Of a DNA stretch of 64,000 nt, positions 31,705 through 40,371 are shown in pieces. Numbering within the stretch: the first letter of the stretch is position 1; every line of letters begins with the position of its first letter. Source of the stretch: Smithellaceae bacterium (lineage in GTDB: Bacteria > Desulfobacterota > Syntrophia > Syntrophales > Smithellaceae); contig CAXXVL010000002.1 in the NCBI GenBank assembly GCA_963667845.2, positions 3,360,001-3,424,000 on the forward strand. Direction: 5' to 3'. The translations under genes were made by a program, and so were the position numbers. The notes under the pieces are model-generated. The model was not told the DNA's origin. It was given only the letters and a program-made list of their open reading frames with translations, and ran no database searches.

Positions 31705-31725
31705 CGACCAGGGGGGGGGAACAGA

Positions 31726-32313
31726 ATGATGACGAATTCCGATAGACGCTCTGATATCATACAGGCGGCACTGGAACTCATTGCCGACCGGGGTTTTCAC
31801 GACGCTCCCATGTCCGAGATCGCCGACAAGGCTCACGTGGCCGCCGGAACGATCTACCGGTATTTCGAAAATAAAGACGTGCTTATAAACGCGTTGTTCC
31901 AGGAAATTGAAGACGAGCTGATGGACACTCTTCTTGCTCATTACCCGCTGGGAAAGCCTGTTAAAGAACAATTTTTCCATGTATTCGGTGAGCTCTGCCG
32001 GTATTTATTAACAAACCCGCTTCATTTCCGTTATATGGAACAGTACTTCAACTCCCCTTACGGGATTTCCAAGCGCCGCGACAAACTCTTGGGGAAGGAC
32101 ACAAATTCTAAAAAACACGACACACTCGCAGGAATCTTTCAGGAAGGAGTCTCTCAGCGAATTTTGAAAGATTTACCCATTATCGTACATTCTTCCCTGG
32201 CTATCGGTCCCATGCTCTATGTCATACGCGACCATACCCTCGGGTTCGTCGAATTGGACGAACCGCTGATCAAGCAAATTACCGAAGCCTGCTGGGATGC
32301 AATCAAGAGGTAA
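31726..32313 (+). CDS. TetR/AcrR-family regulator
   Basis: IIQAALELIADRGFHDAPMSEIADKAHVAAGTIYRYFENKD HTH; precedes an RND operon. Confidence 0.95.
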   Translation: MMTNSDRRSDIIQAALELIADRGFHDAPMSEIADKAHVAAGTIYRYFENKDVLINALFQEIEDELMDTLLAHYPLGKPVKEQFFHVFGELCRYLLTNPLHFRYMEQYFNSPYGISKRRDKLLGKDTNSKKHDTLAGIFQEGVSQRILKDLPIIVHSSLAIGPMLYVIRDHTLGFVELDEPLIKQITEACWDAIKR

Positions 32314-32396
32314 TGCCAAAGCTTTATGGCAGACAAATGAATTTTAAATTAAGCAAGGGATGAACATTCATATTTTACATTAAGCAGAGGTGTTAA

Positions 32397-33593
32397 ATGA
32401 ATAGAAATTACAGAATCGGGTTGATAGCTACCGGAGTCATTCTTGTCACAGGATTGATACTCGGAGGATGCGGGCAACGGAATGCGGGCGGCCCGCCGCC
32501 GATGCCCGAAGTCGCCGTTGTAACGATAGAGCCGAAACCGGTGACATTGACCACCGAATTGCCGGGTCGAACAGCAGCCTATTTAATTGCCGAAGTGCGT
32601 CCTCAAGTAAGTGGCATTATCCAAAAGCGACTGTTTACGGAGGGCGCTGATGTCCGTGCCGGCCAGGTTCTTTTCCACATCGATCCCGCCCTCTATCAGG
32701 CTTCACTTGATAACGCGAAGGCCGCGCTGGCCCGTTCCGAGGCTCAGCTCTCCACGATTCAATTAAAAGCGGCCCGTTTGAAGGAACTCCTTGCCGATAA
32801 AGCGGTCAGTCAGCAGGATTATGATGATGCGGCAGCTATGCTTAAACAGGTCCAGGCCGATATTCAATACGCAAAAGCAACACTGGAGACGGCGCGGATC
32901 AACCTGAAATATACCACCATTGCTGCGCCCATTTCAGGTCGTATTGGGAAATCCAGTGTGACAGAGGGCGCTCTGGTCACGGCTCAGCAGCCCATACCTC
33001 TGGCGACTATTCAGCAGCTGGATCCCATGTATGTGGATGTCACCCAATCTACATCTGAAATTCTTCGCCTGCGACGCCTGTTGCAGGAAGGACAAATCGA
33101 TCAATACGGCAAGAATCAGCAGAAGGTCCGGCTCATAGTGGGTGACGGGACGGAATATCCACTGAAAGGAAACCTTCAATTCCGTGACATCACGGTCGAT
33201 CCGACAACCGGATCAGTTGTTTTGCGGATTGTGTTTCCCAATCCGAAAGACATTTTGCTGCCAGGCATGTTTGTCAGGGCGCTCGTGCAGGAAGGTATCA
33301 ACAAGCAGGCTATTCTCATCCCCCAGCAGGCTGTGTCCCGCGACCCCAAAGGGAACCCGATGACATTAATAGTGGATTCCACCGGAAAGGTTGAACAGCG
33401 CGCACTTACACTGGACCGCGCCCTAGGCGATGCCTGGCGGGTCACAGCGGGTCTTGTGCCCGGTGATCGGGTCATTGTCGAGGGAATGCTGAAAGTGAAA
33501 CCCGGCATTTCCGTACGAGCTGTCCCTTTTGAAAACAGTGACCCAAACGGCGGAAAAAAGAAGAATGCAGCCCCGCCCGCCAAAACAAATTAA
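32397..33593 (+). CDS. RND efflux periplasmic adaptor lipoprotein (AcrA/MexA-like)
   Basis: Lipobox LGGC; ELPGR, AEVRPQVSGII, APISGRIG, VDPTTG, LLPGMFV. Confidence 0.95.
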   Translation: MNRNYRIGLIATGVILVTGLILGGCGQRNAGGPPPMPEVAVVTIEPKPVTLTTELPGRTAAYLIAEVRPQVSGIIQKRLFTEGADVRAGQVLFHIDPALYQASLDNAKAALARSEAQLSTIQLKAARLKELLADKAVSQQDYDDAAAMLKQVQADIQYAKATLETARINLKYTTIAAPISGRIGKSSVTEGALVTAQQPIPLATIQQLDPMYVDVTQSTSEILRLRRLLQEGQIDQYGKNQQKVRLIVGDGTEYPLKGNLQFRDITVDPTTGSVVLRIVFPNPKDILLPGMFVRALVQEGINKQAILIPQQAVSRDPKGNPMTLIVDSTGKVEQRALTLDRALGDAWRVTAGLVPGDRVIVEGMLKVKPGISVRAVPFENSDPNGGKKKNAAPPAKTN

Positions 33594-33608
33594 CGGGGGC
33601 GCCAAATA

Positions 33609-36600
33609 ATGCTATCAAAATTCTTTCTAAATCGTCCGGTTTTCGCGTGGGTCATTGCCATTATCATTATGGCGGTCGGCTGCATTGCTATTTACAATCT
33701 GCCCATTTCCCAGTACCCGCAGATGGCTCCTCCCACCATTGCGATTACGGCCTCCTATCCCGGCTCATCGGCCGAGACGGTGGAAAACAGCGTCACCCAG
33801 GTCATTGAGCAGAAAATGACCGGTCTGGATAATCTGATCTATATGTCCGCCTCCAGTGATTCTGCCGGCGGCGCACGCCTGGAGTTGACCTTCAAGCCCG
33901 GAACCGATCCTGATATTGCCTGGTCTAAAGTACAGAACAAGGTTCAAACAGCCTTGACAAGCCTCCCCGATGTCGTTGAGAGTCAGGGAGTAACGGTCAG
34001 CAAGTCCACCCGCAATTATCTGATGTTCGTCGGTCTGATTTCTGAAGACGGCTCGATGGACGGGACGGACCTGAGAGACTATGCCAAATCCAATCTGGAA
34101 AAGATTCTGGCGCGTGTCCCCGGCGTGGGCGAGGTGGAAGTCTTTGGCAGCGGTTATGCCATGCGTGTCTGGCTCAATCCCCAAAAGCTGACGGATTATC
34201 GAATGACTGTGGACGATGTGCTGGCCGCTCTCAAAGCCTATAACGTGGAGGTTTCCGCGGGCCAGTTCGGTGGTGCGCCCTCCATTCCCGGCCAGCGTTT
34301 AAATGCCACAATCATCGTTCAGAATATGCTTTCAACGCCTGAAGAATTTGCCAAAATTCCTCTGCGAACCAATCCGGACGGCTCCATCGTGCGTATCAGC
34401 GATGTGGGACGGACCGAACTGGGCACGGAAATTTACGATATCCAGGTTTTCAACAACGGCAAACCTTCCGCGGGCATCGCGATCCGGCAGTCACCGGACG
34501 CCAACGCCCTGGACACGGCTGATGCGGTCAAAGCAAAAATGGCGGAGATGAGCCGGTTTTTCCCCGCCGGATTGAAAGTCGTCTATCCCAATGATTCGAC
34601 CACCTTCATCAAAGTCTCCATCAATGAAGTGATCAAGACCCTGATCATCGCCATCGTACTGGTCTTTCTGGTGATGTTGCTTTTTCTGGGCAACATGCGG
34701 GCCACGCTCATTCCCACCATTGCCGTGCCGGTTGTTATTCTGGGAACATTCGCCATCCTGGGACTCTTCGGATTTTCAATTAACATGCTGACCATGTTTG
34801 CCATGGTGCTCGCCATCGGCCTTCTGGTCGATGACGCCATCGTGGTCGTGGAAAATGTGGAACGAATCATGACTGAGGAGGGACTACCCCCCAAAGAAGC
34901 CACGGCTAAATCCATGGAGCAGATTACCAGCGCGCTGGTCGGCATCGGACTGGTGCTGGCCGCCGTTTTCGGCCCCATGGCCTTCTTCCCGGGCTCAACC
35001 GGCGTCATCTATCGCCAGTTCTCCATTACCATTATTTCAGCGATGCTTCTTTCGGTCATTGTGGCGTTGATCCTCACGCCGGTTTTGTGCGCCGCGCTCC
35101 TTAAACCGGTAAAGGCCGGCCATGAACCGGCGGAAAATGCCGTCTTTTTTGCACGGCCCTTCTTCCTGTGGTTTGACCGCATGTTTTTCGGCCTCCGAGA
35201 GCGTTATGTGCGTTTGATCGGCCATTCCCTCACGCGGAAAAAGCGCTATCTGGTTGTCTTCCTTGTGATCGTCACGGTCATGGGCGTCCTGTTTCTGCGC
35301 ATGCCTAAAGCCTATCTGCCGGATGAAGACCAGGGAACCTTGCTTGCCCAGATCATCATGCCCACCGGTGCTACCCTGGAACAGACCGGGGAGACCGCAA
35401 AGCAAATTGAAAAATATTTTCGGGAAAATGAAAAAGAATCTGTGGAGATGGTCATGACCATTACCGGTGTCGGATTTTCCGGACGCGCGCAAAACAACGG
35501 CATGGTCTGGATCAGGCTTAAAGACTGGCACCTGCGCAACCGGCCTGATATGAAAGCCAAAGCCATCGCCAAAAGAGCCATGGGAGCCCTTTCCGGTATC
35601 CGCAACGCCATGGTATTCACCTTTCAGCCTCCGCCAGTTCCGGAACTGGGCACGTCCCTGGGCTTCGATTTTCAATTACTGGACCGCGGAGGCCTGGGTC
35701 ATCAGGCCCTGATGGACGGCCAATACCAGTTGCTCGGCCTTGTGGCCCAGGACCCCAGAGTAACCAAGGTCCGGCCCAACAGCATGGCGGATGTTCCTCA
35801 ATATCGTATTGATGTGGATTGGGAAAAAGCCGGCGCACTGGGGATTCCCATCACGTCCATCCACAACACACTTTCGGCCGCTTTCGGGAGCGCCTACGCC
35901 AACGACTTTGTTCAAGGCGGTCGTATCAAGAGGGTGTACATCCAGGCGGACGCTCCCTACCGCATGTTGCCCAAGGATCTGGAAAAGCTTTATGTCCGCA
36001 ACGCACAGGGTAAAATGGTACCTTTTTCCTCCTTTGCCTCGGGGCGCTGGACGACAGGCGCTCCCAGGCTCACGCGCTTTAACGGATTCCCCTCCATCAA
36101 TATCTGGGGAGAACCTACGCCGGGCAAGAGTTCGGGCGAAGCCATGCAGGCCATGGAAGACGCGATGGCCAAGCTGCCCAGCGGTTTTGGTTTTGACTGG
36201 AGCGGACTTTCCTATCAGGAACGGATGGCCAGTTCTCAGGCGCCGCTTTTGTATGCTTTTTCCATTTTCGTGATCTTTTTATGTTTGGCCGCGCTCTACG
36301 AGAGCTGGACGATTCCCATCGCCATCCTGCTGGTGCTGCCGTTGGGCGTCATCGGCGGAATCATCGCGTCGAGTTTGCGCGGGTTGGCCAATGATGTATA
36401 TTTTCAGATCGGACTTTTGACGACACTGGGGCTCGCCACGAAGAACGCCATCCTCATCGTCCAGTTTGCCAAGGGCGGACTGGATAAAGGCATGGGGATC
36501 ATTGAAGCCACCCTGGAGGGGGCAAAACTGCGCTTCCGTCCGATCCTTATGACGTCGCTCGCCTTCGGTTTCGGTGTTCTGCCCCTGGCGCTCACCACCG

Positions 36601-36854
36601 GCGCCGGCGCCGGCGCACAAAATGCCATCGGCACCAGCGTTTTGGGAGGCATGATCACTGCAACCATTTTGGTGGTCGTCTTCGTGCCATTATTTTATAT
36701 GCTGATCGAAAAACTGTTTGGCAAACAGAAAACCCCCGGCGCCGCAAACGATAAGAATTCGCTTTTCAGTAAGTTGATCGCGAAAGTGATTCCCAAACAC
36801 CGGAATCAGAAATCGGCCGCGACGGAAGATACGAATCCATCAGAGGTTAAATGA
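33609..36854 (+). CDS. HAE1 RND efflux permease (AcrB/MexB-like)
   Basis: FFLNRPVFAWVIA, GLLVDDAIVVVENVER, TKNAILIV, RFRPILMTSLAF. Confidence 0.97.
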   Translation: MLSKFFLNRPVFAWVIAIIIMAVGCIAIYNLPISQYPQMAPPTIAITASYPGSSAETVENSVTQVIEQKMTGLDNLIYMSASSDSAGGARLELTFKPGTDPDIAWSKVQNKVQTALTSLPDVVESQGVTVSKSTRNYLMFVGLISEDGSMDGTDLRDYAKSNLEKILARVPGVGEVEVFGSGYAMRVWLNPQKLTDYRMTVDDVLAALKAYNVEVSAGQFGGAPSIPGQRLNATIIVQNMLSTPEEFAKIPLRTNPDGSIVRISDVGRTELGTEIYDIQVFNNGKPSAGIAIRQSPDANALDTADAVKAKMAEMSRFFPAGLKVVYPNDSTTFIKVSINEVIKTLIIAIVLVFLVMLLFLGNMRATLIPTIAVPVVILGTFAILGLFGFSINMLTMFAMVLAIGLLVDDAIVVVENVERIMTEEGLPPKEATAKSMEQITSALVGIGLVLAAVFGPMAFFPGSTGVIYRQFSITIISAMLLSVIVALILTPVLCAALLKPVKAGHEPAENAVFFARPFFLWFDRMFFGLRERYVRLIGHSLTRKKRYLVVFLVIVTVMGVLFLRMPKAYLPDEDQGTLLAQIIMPTGATLEQTGETAKQIEKYFRENEKESVEMVMTITGVGFSGRAQNNGMVWIRLKDWHLRNRPDMKAKAIAKRAMGALSGIRNAMVFTFQPPPVPELGTSLGFDFQLLDRGGLGHQALMDGQYQLLGLVAQDPRVTKVRPNSMADVPQYRIDVDWEKAGALGIPITSIHNTLSAAFGSAYANDFVQGGRIKRVYIQADAPYRMLPKDLEKLYVRNAQGKMVPFSSFASGRWTTGAPRLTRFNGFPSINIWGEPTPGKSSGEAMQAMEDAMAKLPSGFGFDWSGLSYQERMASSQAPLLYAFSIFVIFLCLAALYESWTIPIAILLVLPLGVIGGIIASSLRGLANDVYFQIGLLTTLGLATKNAILIVQFAKGGLDKGMGIIEATLEGAKLRFRPILMTSLAFGFGVLPLALTTGAGAGAQNAIGTSVLGGMITATILVVVFVPLFYMLIEKLFGKQKTPGAANDKNSLFSKLIAKVIPKHRNQKSAATEDTNPSEVK

Positions 36855-36855
36855 T

Positions 36856-38265
36856 ATGAAGAGAAAATTATTAATCCTGCCGCTGGCCCTGGCCTTCCTA
36901 TGGGGAGGTTGCACGCTCGCGCCCAAATATGAGCGCCCGGCGGCGCCAATACCGGTCCAGTGGCCGACCGGGGCGGCATATCAGGAGACAAAGGCCGCTC
37001 AAACCACGCAGACGGTGCCGGATCTTCCCTGGCGCGATTTTATCACCGATGCACAGCTGCGTGAAATTATCGAAATCGCCCTCGTGAACAACCGGGATCT
37101 CCGGGTGGCGGCGCTGAATGTGGAAAGAGCCAAGGCCATGTACGGCATCGGACGCGCTTCGCTTCTGCCATCGATCAATGCCGTGGGAAGCTGGTATCAG
37201 GAACGAATTCCTGCCGACCTGTCATCCGGTGGAAGCGCCTATACTGCCGAACAATACAGTGTCAATCTCGGTATGACATCCTGGGAAATCGATTTCTTCG
37301 GCCGCATCCGCAGCCTGAAGGACAAAGCCCTGGAAGAATACTTCGCGACGGACCAGGCTCTGCGCGGTACACAGATTTTACTCGTATCCACCGTGGCACA
37401 GGCCTATCTGGCCCTGGCTGCTGATCGGGAAGCTCTCCACCTGGTATCGAAAACGCTCGAGGCTCAGGAATCCTCGTACAAGCTGATCCGGAGGCGTTAC
37501 GACGTCGGCATGATATCCGAATTGGATCTCAAGCGCGCCCAAAGCCAGGTAGACGTGGCCCGGGGTGACGTCGCCCGTTATACGCAGCTGGCCGCTCAGG
37601 ATGAAAACGGCTTGAATCTTCTGGTCGGTTCTCCCGTCCCGAGAGAATTGATTGCACTGGACCTCGGCAACATCACTGAACCGCGAGACATCTCTCCGGG
37701 TCTATCTTCGGAACCGCTCCTCAACCGGCCGGATGTGTTGGCTGCCGAACATCAGCTCAAGGCAGCCAACGCCAATATCGGCGCTGCCCGCGCGGCTTTC
37801 TTTCCCCGGATTACGCTCACAACTTCCATTGGAACCGCCAGCGCCGAGCTGTCGGGGCTATTCAAAGCCGGCTCGGGGGTGTGGAGTTTCGCGCCGTCGA
37901 TTGTTTTGCCCATTTTTGACGCCCGTACATGGTATGCCTATGATGTCACCAAAATAGATAAGCAAATGTCGATCGCCCAGTATGAGAAGGCCATCCAGAC
38001 GGCTTTCCGGGAAGTGGCCGATGCCCTTGCAGTAAAAGGCACAGTCAACCAGCGGATCGAGGCGCAACAATCACTGGTGGATGCTTTAGCGATCACTTAC
38101 CGCCTTTCCGAAGCGCGTTACACAAAGGGAGTTGACAGCTACCTCTCCGTTCTCGACGCGCAACGGTCACTCTACACCGCCCAGCAAGTCTTGATTATGC
38201 TGCATCTTGCCCGCATCAGCAATGTGATCACGCTTTACAAGGCAATGGGCGGGATCACATCCTGA
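36856..38265 (+). CDS. RND outer-membrane factor lipoprotein (OprM/NodT-like)
   Basis: GGCTLAPKYERP, NNRDLR, WEIDFFGR, RPDVLAAE, GAARAAFFP, LYKAMGG. Confidence 0.95.
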   Translation: MKRKLLILPLALAFLWGGCTLAPKYERPAAPIPVQWPTGAAYQETKAAQTTQTVPDLPWRDFITDAQLREIIEIALVNNRDLRVAALNVERAKAMYGIGRASLLPSINAVGSWYQERIPADLSSGGSAYTAEQYSVNLGMTSWEIDFFGRIRSLKDKALEEYFATDQALRGTQILLVSTVAQAYLALAADREALHLVSKTLEAQESSYKLIRRRYDVGMISELDLKRAQSQVDVARGDVARYTQLAAQDENGLNLLVGSPVPRELIALDLGNITEPRDISPGLSSEPLLNRPDVLAAEHQLKAANANIGAARAAFFPRITLTTSIGTASAELSGLFKAGSGVWSFAPSIVLPIFDARTWYAYDVTKIDKQMSIAQYEKAIQTAFREVADALAVKGTVNQRIEAQQSLVDALAITYRLSEARYTKGVDSYLSVLDAQRSLYTAQQVLIMLHLARISNVITLYKAMGGITS

Positions 38266-38612
38266 CGATGAATGAAAGCCGGAGAGCAAAATGAACCCTG
38301 CCCCGCCATACAACGGCGCAAGCATCGCGCCGCGTGGCATGAGGATGCGGAACGGCTGTCCGGACAGAGATTCCCGCGCCGCGCCGGTAAAATAAAATGG
38401 ATTTCCGCTCTGCTGCTCGCCGGACGTTAGCAGACGTCTTCGAAGGGCGGGCCGGTAAGATTGCGGCGAACACCGGATAGTCAGTGGCTGCCGGACCCGC
38501 GCATTCAGAGACCGGAAGATGATTCATCCGGATGGATCCTGATATCGGAGGATATCGGGATGCCGCAAAGAACTCTCACCTTGCAGTACATTCAGTCACT
38601 CATGACCGATTC

Positions 38613-39011
38613 TCACTTTTTTCTCTTAAAGATGCCCGAATGAGCGCACTGCTCCCGGCCCGCCAGACAGCGATTGAGCGCCTTCATCTGCATATTCTTT
38701 TCCTCAGTCAGGCCGAGGACACCGATTGTCCCGAGGGAATCCGTGTAATCAATCCGGTTACCCGAACTGATAATGCCCGACAAGGGGTATTCCTTGCCGC
38801 CGATTTTGATGTATCCCCGGACAAGATTGTTTTTCTGTTCTGCAATCACAATCTCAGCCGATCGCCCGCAATGGAGACCTTCGCCGGAATTCATCGTACA
38901 ATAATCTCCCGACCACGTTCCGACGAAATCAAACAGGTCGGCCGACGCAGAGGTCTGAAAACTGAATATCAGGCTCAGAATCATAACACTCGCTGCCGTA
39001 ATTTTTTTCAT
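38613..39011 (-). CDS. Secreted hypothetical protein (small beta-rich, Cys pairs)
   Basis: GGAGG SD; MKK signal peptide ending ASA; FVGTWSG motif. Confidence 0.7.
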   Translation of the reverse strand: MKKITAASVMILSLIFSFQTSASADLFDFVGTWSGDYCTMNSGEGLHCGRSAEIVIAEQKNNLVRGYIKIGGKEYPLSGIISSGNRIDYTDSLGTIGVLGLTEEKNMQMKALNRCLAGREQCAHSGIFKRKK

Positions 39012-39145
39012 AGGACTTTCCTCCATCTTACCAAATCAATCTTTTGGATTCAAAATTCTCGAGTTGAAGACGCTATACTTTTTTATGGATATCAAACAAA
39101 GGTTATTTTCGTCAACTTCTTGATTTCGCGATTGTCAATCACGGA

Positions 39146-39175
39146 ATAAACAAAAGGCAGCGAAAACCGCTGCCT
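39146..39175 (-). terminator. Orphan intrinsic terminator in a divergent intergenic region
   Basis: AGGCAGCG/CGCTGCCT stem followed on the minus strand by UUUGUUUAUU. Confidence 0.55.
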
Positions 39176-39405
39176 GTAACTGACCATTATCCATTCTTTT
39201 AGCCATCAGCCGCATCCGTTTATTCTTCCGCCGGCATTTATCGAATAGCCTAAAAGAATTTCTTTTCTCTTTCTCTTTAAAATCAAAGACCGATGTTTAT
39301 ACTAGAGGAAACGATGACGGCGACGGGAATCAAAAAGAAGAGCTGTTCAACTGGTTTGGGGCATCCGTCCCGCAAGCATCTGATGTTGACGGAGGTATGC
39401 ATCGT

Positions 39406-40143
39406 ATGACCCTTGGCGCAAGATATCTTCATAACGTTTTGTCAGGACCTCGTTGCGCGGGCGGGAGTCGGACCGCGAAGCATTTGCTCGCTGTGACGCT
39501 GTGCGTTCTGTTTCTGCTGTCGGCTGCTGCCGCGCGCGCGGAATCAATCTTCACCATAAACGTCGCGGAAAGCGAGAACCGGGGCCTTACATCCCCGCAG
39601 CCATGGGCTATCTTCGATTCTGAAGCGGGTCAGGGATTTCGCTCGGGCACCCGGGTGTTCGGTTTGAGCGTCGGGGCGGCTTACGGGATGTTGATGCTGG
39701 GCGGTGAAGAGCGCCATCATCTGGCTCTGATCTCGAGCTCTTATGGCCGGGTCATCGGAAACGTCATCGGCAAGGGTAAATGGTACCAGGGCAACCTGGA
39801 ACTTCGGGCCGAATTCTTCGGAGGCACTCAGCTCAATTCACATATCCGCGCCATCACCAGCCTCACACCGCATCTCAGATACCATTTTATCACCGGCACC
39901 CGCATCGTTCCTTACATCGATGCCGGTGTCGGCGTGGTCCTTACGGAGATCCGGGGTGAAGATCTGGGCGGCGTTTTCCAGTTCAATGAGCAGGGAATCA
40001 TCGGGCTGGATTATTTTATCCGGGACAAGATGAGTATCAATCTCGCCCTGCAGTATCTTCACGTTTCATCCGCAGGCATTTACATGCCCAATGACGGCGT
40101 CAATACGCTCGGGTGTTTTCTGGGTTTGAACTGGTTTTTTTAA
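39406..40143 (+). CDS. PagL-like lipid A 3-O-deacylase / acyloxyacyl hydrolase beta-barrel
   Basis: PYIDAGVG, FQFNEQG, YLHVSSAGIYMPNDGVN (His/Ser motif), terminal Phe. Start uncertain (39397 or 39406). Confidence 0.8.
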   Translation: MTLGARYLHNVLSGPRCAGGSRTAKHLLAVTLCVLFLLSAAAARAESIFTINVAESENRGLTSPQPWAIFDSEAGQGFRSGTRVFGLSVGAAYGMLMLGGEERHHLALISSSYGRVIGNVIGKGKWYQGNLELRAEFFGGTQLNSHIRAITSLTPHLRYHFITGTRIVPYIDAGVGVVLTEIRGEDLGGVFQFNEQGIIGLDYFIRDKMSINLALQYLHVSSAGIYMPNDGVNTLGCFLGLNWFF

Positions 40144-40159
40144 AGCGGCTCGGGCGGCT

Positions 40160-40371
40160 CTAGCAGGGTGTTCAAAAACCCTTGCTTTGCAGGCTGTTCA
40201 AATAACCTGAAGGTCACTCGAAGGTTTAGCTGCAAGGCATCGCGAGGATCGAGCATAAGGGCGTACTTTATCGGGAAGTGAGAGCGAGAGCCGAAGCGTA
40301 ACGTAACCTAAAGGTCATAAACCGCAGACGCGTGACCTTTAGGTTATGAGCCTTTTTCAACAGCCTGCTAG
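40160..40371. mobile_element. MITE with terminal inverted repeats bounded by CTAG, containing three 18-nt micro-insertions
   Basis: Left CTAGCAGGGTGTTCAAAAA vs right TTTTTCAACAGCCTGCTAG; an inner copy GCAGGCTGTTCAAA; non-coding; the right end supplies the TAG stop of the J-domain gene. Confidence 0.8.

Noticed and set aside
39013..39023. GAGGAAAGTCC on the minus strand, matching the RNase P RNA 5' signature
   Set aside because: It is the SD region of the 39011 CDS and is followed directly by TATG; I found no matching RNase P 3' motif downstream.
40203..40346. Mini-CRISPR reading of the TAACCTRAAGGTCA repeats
   Set aside because: The repeats are too short, irregularly spaced, in both orientations, and there are no cas genes.
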